NCBI RefSeq assembly: GCF_001194135.2
Contig: NC_068991.1
Span: forward strand, 78,271,834-78,305,015
DNA length: 33,182 nucleotides
From: Octopus bimaculoides
Lineage: Eukaryota
Direction: 5' to 3'
Part shown: one piece after another, positions 11,791 through 19,939 of the stretch
Numbering within the stretch: the stretch's first letter is position 1
How the letters are laid out: the number at the start of each line of letters is the position of its first letter
Notes under the pieces: model-generated
The model's input: the letters and a program-made list of their open reading frames with translations, nothing else
Databases searched by the model: none
Told to the model about the DNA's origin: nothing
Made by a program: the position numbers and the translations under genes

Positions 11791-12824
11791 TTAGACCAAA
11801 AGGAAGGATGCTAATAGTGAAAAATGATCAGAGCCCAGCTGCTTATTGGGGAGTTTGTCAAATTCCTGTACCTCCTGTGTAGAGGGTAACTGATAGCAAC
11901 AAATCAGCTTCAGTTTGCCCTCCGCAGTTTGCCCTCTGCATTGCGATTTGTGCAGCAATTTGCTGTCGACTGTGTAAAAAATGTAGTCCACTGTTGAGCA
12001 ACTTTTTTCGTGATATGTTGACACTTCATTGCGAAAACGTCCCCTCACCTGCGTCACATGCTTATAGACTGACATCAAGTTAAAAGAATGTTTGATTACA
12101 CCCTTTTGGAATGGCCGAATCAGTTCTTTAAAAGTCCTATTACATGACTGCGAAGAGGAATCACTATTGTCTACTTTGTCAACAGTGTCGTCGTTTGGTG
12201 TTGAGCAAACAGTTTCCTCCTTTGGAGATCCGTCTGAGTTTTCAGTCTGTTTGTCAGGACATTCTACATTTCGTTTTTGAAAGACATGAATGTATTGACA
12301 ACAGTCGTTGATATTTAAATGACTTGGGAAGAAATCTTTCGATAAATAATTATTCCTGCCATACATTTCGTCCGTCTGACCAGACATTCCTCGAATCAAT
12401 AAGTCTTCATAACGCAAATAACTGGACATTATAAAGTTATAAATTTGACTAAAAGGCTCCGTATTGAAATCCCCACACAAAATGAAAGGATGGTAAATGC
12501 TTTTCTCATCACTTATTTTACACTTAAAAGCAATTTTTTCAAGTTCTGTTAATAAAACAATAAGTTGAGCAAGTTTAACATCTCCTCGACGAGGATTAAA
12601 TAATAAATGTGTATTGGCCACATAGAAACAGCTGTTTTTCTTTTGAAATGCAAGGTTCCTTGGCTTTAGGCCAACAATTAAGCCAACATTGCCACGGTCT
12701 AGAACACCACCTTTCATGTAGTCAACTTGATCAGAAGAGATCTGAACAAATAAGATGATTTTGTAGAATGTTGCACAGCCATCACTTTGATAATTTGATT
12801 TTGGGCAGAATACTCCTTCATAAC
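11791..12824 (-). CDS. ANGEL2: Angel-family (CCR4/nocturnin/angel EEP superfamily) protein, terminal coding exon 4
   Basis: Acceptor tttttcttggcag|GT at 12825/12824 completes a phase-1 Gly codon. Encodes GYEGVF, DGCATFYK, LDRGNVGL, VANTHLLFNPRRGDVKLAQL, ILCGDFN, VDYIFY and GSDHFSLLA, then TAA at 11793-11791. The symbol is the closest vertebrate name; ANGEL1 vs ANGEL2 orthology cannot be resolved here. Confidence 0.95.
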
Positions 12825-12964
12825 CTGCCAAGAAAAAGGAAAATTTAGTGTAAAGCATTAGAGAAAATATTTAAGAATTTAATATTAAGTAGAAGAACTG
12901 TAACCATGAAGCCACTGTTAATGGCTGTCTTTTTTTTACCAAAAAAAATGTCAAAAAGGAGATA

Positions 12965-13115
12965 TTGGTATGTTTACATCCCCGTAACTTAGTGGTTCAG
13001 CAAAAGATAGAATAAGTACTAGGCTTACAAAAAAGAAGTCCTGGGATCGATTTGTTTGACTAAAGGTGGTGCTCCAGCATGGCCACAGTTAAATGACTAA
13101 AACAAGTAAAAAACT
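12965..13115 (+). mobile_element. SINE family B, 3' half
   Basis: tgtttacatccccgtaacttag..aataagtactaggcttacaaa..gtcctgggatcgatttg..gctccagcatggcc..aaatgactaaaacaagtaaaa is shared with 25180-25515 and 27775-28165. Confidence 0.8.
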
Positions 13116-13174
13116 AAAAAAAATTGACAGAGATTATGGTCATTACATACTTATGAAAAATATATCATTTAGAT

Positions 13175-13538
13175 ATGTCGTAGTCATGGCCGATGCCAGT
13201 GCTGCCTGACTGGCACCTGTGCCCGTGGCACATAAAAATCAACATTCGAGTGTCAGGCCTCATGGAAGCAGTGTTAGGTGACCAAAACCTTAGGTGATAT
13301 ACGGTGCTTGTGTAGATCTGTCAAGCCAACTGAGACCATAGTCATGGTCAATAACACCCATGCTGGTGGCACATGAAAAGCACCCACTACACTCTCAGAG
13401 TGGTTGGTGTTAGGAAGGGCATCCAGCTATAGAAGCCATGCCAAATCAGATTAGAAGCTGGCTTACCAGTTTTTAGTCAAACCGTCCAACCCATGTAAAA
13501 CGGACATTAAATAATGATGATGATGATGATGATGATGA
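13175..13538 (+). mobile_element. RTE LINE 3'UTR copy ending in (GAT)n
   Basis: aaaagcacccactacactctcagagtggttggtgttaggaagggcatccagc..aaccgtccaacccatg..cggacattaaataatgatgatgat. Confidence 0.8.
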
Positions 13539-13653
13539 GAATATATCACACAAATATACAGAATGCATCACATAGATCCACTCTCACACACACGCATGTA
13601 TCCTATTGGTAACTCTTAAAAGCATTGTAGCTAGTTTATAAAATATATCCTAC

Positions 13654-13723
13654 CTCGCTTTTCAAACTCTGGCTTGAAAAATGTTTCATAATGGTCCTGT
13701 TGGACTTCTTGAAGGCACATAAT
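13654..13723 (-). CDS. ANGEL2: Angel-family protein, coding exon 3
   Basis: tttccag|ATT..CGA G|gtagga. 70 nt encoding IMCLQEVQQDHYETFFKPEFEKR(G), which includes the catalytic CLQEV motif. Confidence 0.93.
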
Positions 13724-13879
13724 CTGGAAAGGTAATTAAACAACTCTAATAAATTAACACAATCCAAACAGCAGAGTTCTTTTCAGAAATCAGGTACGAA
13801 GAATGCAGTACACACACACACACACATGCACCATACAAACATCATATATATCCACAAAATTTATTTTTTAAAATCCCTA

Positions 13880-14018
13880 CTCAACCGGTACTTAATTTAT
13901 CGACCCCGAAAGGATGAAAGGCAAAGTCGACCTCGGTGGAATTTGAACTCAGAACGTAAAGACAGACGAAATACTGCTTAGCATTTCGCCCGGCATGCTA
14001 ACGCTTCTGCCAGCTCAC
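13880..14018 (-). mobile_element. tRNA-derived SINE family A, intronic
   Basis: Reverse complement: A-box-like TGGCAGAAGCGTTAG, B-box-like GAGTTCAAATTCC, then GCCTTTCATCCTTTCGGGGTCGATAAATTAAGTACC, which resembles the conserved central domains of metazoan core-SINE superfamilies (not verified). Confidence 0.85.
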
Positions 14019-14136
14019 TTCCTGGGCTTAAATGAAATACTGCAGAATACATGAGTCCAATGTTTCTGGCTAACTCTTTGTCACTAAAGCAAATTCTAAG
14101 AACTACAAAGACTTGACAGAAAAAAATAAAACTTAC

Positions 14137-14366
14137 GTCTGGGCTAAGTGTGTCGATTTCTCTCAATAAACACCATCTTCGATATTCCCAAGACAGGATT
14201 TTAGATTTGCAGTATGTATACAGATATCTATGATATTCTAAGAGATCTTGGGCAAGTATATTGTAGGACATAATGCTAAACTCAAATCCACATTGTTGTC
14301 TTGGTTCTTGGTGATACTTGACGCCAAAATTTGTCCAGTTCCAATGACGAGAGAATTTTCTTTGTC
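14137..14366 (-). CDS. ANGEL2: Angel-family protein, coding exon 2
   Basis: tttctttcag|GA..CCA GAC|gtaagt. 230 nt encoding (R)QRKFSRHWNW..FEFSIMSYNILAQDLLEYHRYLY..WEYR..LLREIDTLSPD, which includes the SYNILAQ motif. Confidence 0.94.
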
Positions 14367-14530
14367 CTGAAAGAAAACCAAATGCAGATATTCCATGGGT
14401 TAATAAGAAACAATCATCAAATACTGAAGATCAATATGGCGTTTTAAATGCTTTCTTTTATAAGGTGTGTGTGTGTGTGTGTGCGTGCGTGTGTGTGTGT
14501 GTTGCACATGCATGTATATGTCTCTGTGTG

Positions 14531-15425
14531 ATCATCATCATCATTTAATGTCCATTTTCATGCTGGCATGGGTTGGACAGTTTGACAGGAGCTGACTAGC
14601 TGAAGGGCTGTTAAGGCACCCTGTCTGTTTGGACATGGTTTCTACAGCTGGACACTTCTCCTAGTACCAACCGTTTTTACAGAGTATACTGAGTTCTTTT
14701 ATGTAGCACCAGTACAGGTGCCTTTTATGTGGCACCAGCACCTATGAGCCTGCAAGATTAGGGATGCTCAGTTGGAGAGGATTGCCCTGGGACAAGCCTG
14801 TATGTAAGGGCAACCACACTTTTACTTAGCTGCATGTATCTTTATAAGCACAGCAAACTGTTAGAAGTCTTGGTCATTTCTCATCATCTCTGTGAGGTCC
14901 AATGTCTGAAGAACCTTTCTCACCACTTTGTCCCCATGTCTTCCTGGGTCTACTCCTTCCACACATTCCCTCCACACTAAGAGATCAGCACTTCTTGGTG
15001 CAGCATCCTCATCCCTATGCTTCATATGACCTTCTCTCTTGCACACTACATCTGACACCACGTATTCCCAGTTTTTCTCTCAAATCACTTACACTCTGTC
15101 ACATATGCACACTGACTTTACCCATCCATCGGAGCATACTGGCTTCATTTCTTTCAAGTCCTCAACACATCCTCAGTAGTCACAGTCCATGTCTCAGACA
15201 TGTAGCATAGCTGTTTGTACACAGGCATCATACAATATACCTTTCACTATTAACAGAGGTAGTAGCTCTCTGAACTTTGTCCAGTCCATTCTTATTCTAA
15301 CAGCCATGCTTTCGAAGCAACCCCCCCCCCCACTACTAACTTAGTCACCAAAGTAACGGAAGCTGTCTACTACTTCTAAGGATCCTTCCTGGCATTTGAG
15401 GGAGTCAATTTTTTTGTACATTCCT
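14531..15425 (-). mobile_element. 5'-truncated RTE LINE (ORF2 C-terminus + 3'UTR + (GAT)n tail) in angel intron 2
   Basis: Frameshifted RTE C-terminal peptides (KFRELLPLL, VRKVLQTLDLTEMMRND) run directly into the 3'UTR that occurs as free copies elsewhere in the window; ends ggacattaaatgatgatgat. Confidence 0.85.
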
Positions 15426-15869
15426 GATGTTTAATGTATCAGTACATCTGCTACTTGTAAAGACTGCTTTCTCTGTTAGTCTGGCTCGAATAGAAGTGAG
15501 TGTAATACAAGCATTGTTAATATATACAACACATAATCAAATATATACAATGCAACAAAATAAATCAAACAAAATTCAACAAATGGAATATTTTACTCAT
15601 AAACAATATTTTTTTGTAAAAGTCCAATTTTATTTCCACACATATGAATGTTAATAGTGGGCACCCATACACATACCCCTCACATGTGTGTGTAGAGACA
15701 GACAGACAGAGAGACAGAGTTATTTTTCATCAACTACACACCATGAATCTTCAGGTTTAAAACCTTCACAAAGCCTGTTGGACCTTTGGGGAAATACATT
15801 TTACTTTACTTTAGTTTTGCCAAAGAGATGCCCTCTCTCTGGTGCTGATGCCATACAAAAACGTATCCA

Positions 15870-16053
15870 GTGCACTTTGTAAGGTGGTTGGCGTTAGGAA
15901 AGGCATGATGGCAAGCCAAAAACGAAACACATGAGTGAGATGCTGTGCTCCAACCCATCTAAGCAAGTAGTATTTCAAAGCATGCACTGATTCCAACCAT
16001 GGCAACCACTCCAATCCACTCCAGCATGGAGAAAGGGTGTAAAATAATGCTGA
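15870..16053 (+). mobile_element. Degenerate RTE 3'UTR copy
   Basis: gtggttggcgttaggaaaggcat..tccactccagcatggagaa..taaaataatgctgat. Confidence 0.55.
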
Positions 16054-16199
16054 TAAGGTTTATCTTATATATTTAGACATTCCAAAATTAAATTCAACAT
16101 CGGCACCTTGAGATCATTTACATTTAAGTAGAAACTGTCTTTGATGTACAAAACATTTTAGAGAAATCTGTACCACTAAATTTAGCCTGTTGGTCTCAA

Positions 16200-16419
16200 T
16201 TAATCTGAAACTGCCCCTAGGTCTACAATACAAACTTCCTGGCTTGCAAAGTGATCTAAATGAAAACCTTCCATCAAAATTTCATGTTAGTTTGTTCTAA
16301 ACATTAGCTTTATAATGATAAAGTTATTTTGCAAAATTTTTCATCATCATCATTATTTTCAAAATTAATTGTAACAAACAGAGTGTATTTCATCAGAAAT
16401 ACAGTTACAAAAGGGTTGA
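16200..16419. mobile_element. Partial piggyBac-type (TTAA) MITE remnant
   Basis: Ends aaatacagttacaaaaggg-ttga, resembling an AAAGGG-TTAA terminus. Left terminus not recognisable. Confidence 0.35.
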
Positions 16420-16444
16420 CATTAGCAAAATAAAATCCACTCAC

Positions 16445-17189
16445 GTTCTGTATAAGCTGTCCTCGGCGGATGAAACATTTTAAAGAAATCAGAACAGGTC
16501 TCTGATGAATTGATAAAGTTGTTTGGTTGTCTCAGTTTCCATGGTCGTCCAGAATGTAAATGACCAGGAAGAGATTCTGTGCTACAATGAGCTTGGGTGG
16601 GACTGCCATGCCTGCGGCGCAAGGCAGAACTACTTCTGTGTCTCATGGTAAATGGGCCTGGATCAAGGGAGGAAAGTTCATAAAAGTCCTCAGTGCTACG
16701 AGTCTTAAAACAGTTGCTATCTAAGCCCTGTAACAAATGGTATTTATAGCTGGAACACTTTGGGGGTAAAACGGCATGAGACTGTTGCTTTCCTTTGCAA
16801 CCAAATCGATATTCAACAATTGGGAATCTAAAATCATCTGCTTTCATATTGGAACCATCTGGTTCCTTATTGGAACTGTCTGCTTCCATATTGGAACCAT
16901 CTGTTTCCATGTTGGAACTGTCTGCTTCCATATTGGAACCAACTGGTTCCTTATTGGAATCATCTTCCTCATCAGACAATGCAGTGAGATCAATGTAAAT
17001 TGGTTCCTTATTGGCAGCGATTGGTATGGTATCAACAACTATGCATTCACTGTCTTTAATTTCAAAAATGTCATTACAACGAACACCAGAAGAATTATAA
17101 TGGTTGGATGAAGAAGCTTTCGGTGAATTAGATTCCACTACAACAATTTCATCGTTAATGCCATCAGATTGGTTGTTAGATGTAGACAT
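16445..17189 (-). CDS. ANGEL2: Angel-family protein, coding exon 1 (long low-complexity N-terminal extension)
   Basis: Polypyrimidine acceptor ctttctccattcttcttccattccag|TAAAGAC ATG (exon starts 17196, ATG at 17189); donor GAAC|gtgagt at 16445/16444. 745 nt, phase 1, joins exon 2 in frame; total CDS 2079 nt. The start codon is assumed to be the first ATG of this exon. Confidence 0.82.
16836..16961 (-). repeat. Six 21-bp tandem units inside the angel CDS (7-aa repeat)
   Basis: + strand units: atctgctttcatattggaacc / atctggttccttattggaact / gtctgcttccatattggaacc / atctgtttccatgttggaact / gtctgcttccatattggaacc / aactggttccttattggaatc. They encode SNKEPVG SNMEADS SNMETDG SNMEADS SNKEPDG SNMKADD. 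Confidence 0.92.
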
Positions 17190-17419
17190 GTCTTTACTGG
17201 AATGGAAGAAGAATGGAGAAAGATCATGTTAGCATTGGTCTCTTAACTCAACATGGAGATACAAAAAAACAAACAAAAAGAAGACTGATTGATCAAAACT
17301 GTACAAAAATTATAGAATATTGAATTCTTTGAATATAACAAAATAAAATCTAATCACAGAGAAATTTCACAGCATTTAAATTATGTTTTCCCTCTCTTTT
17401 AGGTCCAGGAATGATTGTA

Positions 17420-17570
17420 CAATTAAGAAAACTGCTTTCCTGCCATGTGGTTTTGCATTCTGCCCTACAGCATGGCATCTCAGGTGATCATCTTCCATGT
17501 AGTGCTAAGACAACCAAAGCCTTGTCAGTGGATTTGATAGATGGAAACTGAAAGAAGCCTGTCATATGCA
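17420..17570 (+). mobile_element. SINE family B, degenerate 5' half
   Basis: accaaagccttgtcagtggatttgatagatggaaactgaaagaagcctgtc followed by (TA)n, as in 27775-28165. Confidence 0.65.
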
Positions 17571-18239
17571 TATATATATATATNNNNNNNNNNNNNNNNN
17601 NNNNNNNNNNNNNNNNNNNNNNNNNNNNNNNNNNNNNNNNNNNNNNNNNNNNNNNNNNNNNNNNNNNNNNNNNNNNNNNNNNNNNNNNNNNNNNNNNNNN
17701 NNNNNNNNNNNNNNNNNNNNNNNNNNNNNNNNNNNNNNNNNNNNNNNNNNNNNNNNNNNNNNNNNNNNNNNNNNNNNNNNNNNNNNNNNNNNNNNNNNNN
17801 NNNNNNNNNNNNNNNNNNNNNNNNNNNNNNNNNNNNNNNNNNNNNNNNNNNNNNNNNNNNNNNNNNNNNNNNNNNNNNNNNNNNNNNNNNNNNNNNNNNN
17901 NNNNNNNNNNNNNNNNNNNNNNNNNNNNNNNNNNNNNNNNNNNNNNNNNNNNNNNNNNNNNNNNNNNNNNNNNNNNNNNNNNNNNNNNNNNNNNNNNNNN
18001 NNNNNNNNNNNNNNNNNNNNNNNNNNNNNNNNNNNNNNNNNNNNNNNNNNNNNNNNNNNNNNNNNNNNNNNNNNNNNNNNNNNNNNNNNNNNNNNNNNNN
18101 NNNNNNNNNNNNNNNNNNNNNNNNNNNNNNNNNNNNNNNNNNNNNNNNNNNNNNNNNNNNNNNNNNNNNNNNNNNNNNNNNNNNNNNNNNNNNNNNNNNN
18201 NNNNNNNNNNNNNNNNNNNNNNNNNNNNNNNNNNNNNNN

Positions 18240-18453
18240 AGACACCATTTCGAGCGTGGCCGTTTTCGTGCGGGTGACACGTAAAAGCACCCACTACACT
18301 CTCTGAGTGGTTGGCGTTAGGAAGGGCATCCAGCTGTAGAAACTCTGCCAAATCAGACTGGAGCCTGGTGTTGCCATCCGGTTTCACCAGTCCTCAGTCA
18401 AATCGTCCAACCCATGCTAGCATGGAAAGCGGACGTTAAACGATGATGATGAT
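18240..18453 (+). mobile_element. RTE 3'UTR copy (left arm of a tail-to-tail inverted pair)
   Basis: Clean copy ending cggacgttaaacgatgatgatgat. Confidence 0.85.
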
Positions 18454-18485
18454 ATATATATATATTTCTATATATATATATATAT

Positions 18486-18780
18486 ATCATCATCATCATC
18501 ATCATTGTCATTTAACATCCTCTTTCCATGCTGGCATGGGTTGGACAGTTTGACTGAGGACTGGTAAACCAGAAGGCTGCACCAGGCAAGGTTTCTACAG
18601 CTGCATGCCCTTCCTAACGCCAACCACTCCAAGAGTGTAGTGGGTGCTTTTATGTGCCACCGGCATGAGGGCCAATCAGGCGGTTCTGGCAATGACCATG
18701 CTCAGAAGGTGTTTTTTTACATGCTACCTGCACAGGAGCCAGTCCAGCGGCACTGGTAATGACCACACTCGAATGTTACA
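18486..18780 (-). mobile_element. RTE 3'UTR copy (right arm of a tail-to-tail inverted pair)
   Basis: Begins with (CAT)n then tttaacatcctctttccatgctggcatgggttggacag, the reverse complement of the left arm. Confidence 0.85.
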
Positions 18781-18814
18781 TGCATGTAAACATACATACA
18801 TACTTATATATTCT

Positions 18815-19112
18815 GGCACTCCTCTGGTCACAAGCGTTCCAGTTCATCCGATCAATGGAACAGCCTGCTCATGAAATTAACGTGCAAGTGGCTGAGCACT
18901 CCACAGACATTGTAACATAGCTGTCAGGGAGATTCAGTGTGACACAGAATGTAACAAGACTGAACCCCTTTGAGTTACAGGTACAACTCATTTTTGCCAG
19001 CCGAGTGGACTGAGGCAACATGAAATAAAGTGCCTTGCTCAAAGACACACGGCACTGCCAGGAATCGAGCCCACGACCTTGCATCCATAAGCCAATAACC
19101 ACTAAGCTACAA
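18815..19112 (-). mobile_element. tRNA-derived SINE family C (CORE-like central segment)
   Basis: Minus strand: TAGCTTAGTGG (A box), GGCTCGATTCC (B box), then tgtgtctttgagcaaggcactttatttc. A degenerate 3' part also occurs at about 7240-7360. Confidence 0.75.
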
Positions 19113-19342
19113 ACCTTATATGAGAATGGGCATGGCTATATTTTTGTATCTTTTCGTAAACAAGTGTCACCATCATACAATATTACCTTGCTTAGAAACG
19201 GGTGACAGTTGGTGACAAGAAAGACACTCAACCACAGAAAGTTTGCCTCAATGAAATCCATCTAACTCATGCAAGCAGGGAAAAGTGGATGTTAAAACAA
19301 TGATAATGTACTCAATGGAATAATATTCTGTCTTTTATTAAA

Positions 19343-19555
19343 GTGGTGAGTTGGCAGAAATGTTAACATGCTGAGCAAAACGCTTAGCAGTATTTCGTCT
19401 GTCTTTACATTCTGAGTTCAAATTCCGCCAAGGTCAACTTTGCCTTTCATCCTTTCAGGGTCAATAAATTAAGTACCAGTTGCGTACTGGGGTCGATCTA
19501 ATCGACTGCCCACACTTCCCCAAAATTTCGAGCCTTGTGCCTAGAGTAGAAAAGA
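19343..19555 (+). mobile_element. tRNA-derived SINE family A, full length
   Basis: gagttggcagaaatgttaac..gagttcaaattccgcc..gcctttcatcctttcagggtcaataaattaagtaccag..actggggtcgatctaatcgact..cttgtgcctagagtagaaaag. Confidence 0.85.
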
Positions 19556-19563
19556 ATATTTTC

Positions 19564-19706
19564 TAATACAGTTCTATATTTAAGAGATGAGGAATTATGT
19601 ACATTATTTACATTCAACGGATATTTGTTCTCATCTTGTTTGTTGTTAATACAACGTTTCTGCTGATATACCCTCCAGCCTTCATCAGGTGTCTTGAGGA
19701 AATTTC
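19564..19706 (-). mobile_element. 3' tail copy of the hammerhead-bearing SINE (family D)
   Basis: Reverse complement is nearly identical to 29644-29791 and includes the hammerhead motif at 19693-19648. Confidence 0.85.
19648..19693 (-). ncRNA. Minimal type I hammerhead ribozyme motif (copy 1, stem I mismatch)
   Basis: GACAC-CUGAUGA-A-GGCUG-gagggtatat-CAGCA-GAA-ACGU-U-GUAUU. Confidence 0.65.
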
Positions 19707-19774
19707 TCTTTTATCATTATGCCAACTGAAAGTTTTGAGATCCTTGAGTGTGCATTCCATTGTTATTTTTAGAC

Positions 19775-19939
19775 ATTATCATCATCATCATCGTTTAACG
19801 TCCGCTTTCCATGCTAGCATGGGTTGGACGATTTGACTGAGGACTGGTGCAACCGGATGGCTACACCAGGCTCCAATCTAATTTGGCAGAGTTTCTACAG
19901 CTGGATGCCCTTCCTAACGCCAACCACTCAGAGAGTGTA
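19775..19939 (-). mobile_element. RTE 3'UTR copy
   Basis: (CAT)n cgtttaacgtccgctttccatgctagcatgggttggacgatttgactgagg..ctggatgcccttcctaacgccaaccactcagagagtgta. Confidence 0.85.

Noticed and set aside
16776-17111. Plus-strand ORFs overlapping angel exon 1 (16776-17111, 16795-16998) and alternative frame 16844-17038
   Set aside because: By-products of the 21-bp repeat, which lacks stops in several frames.
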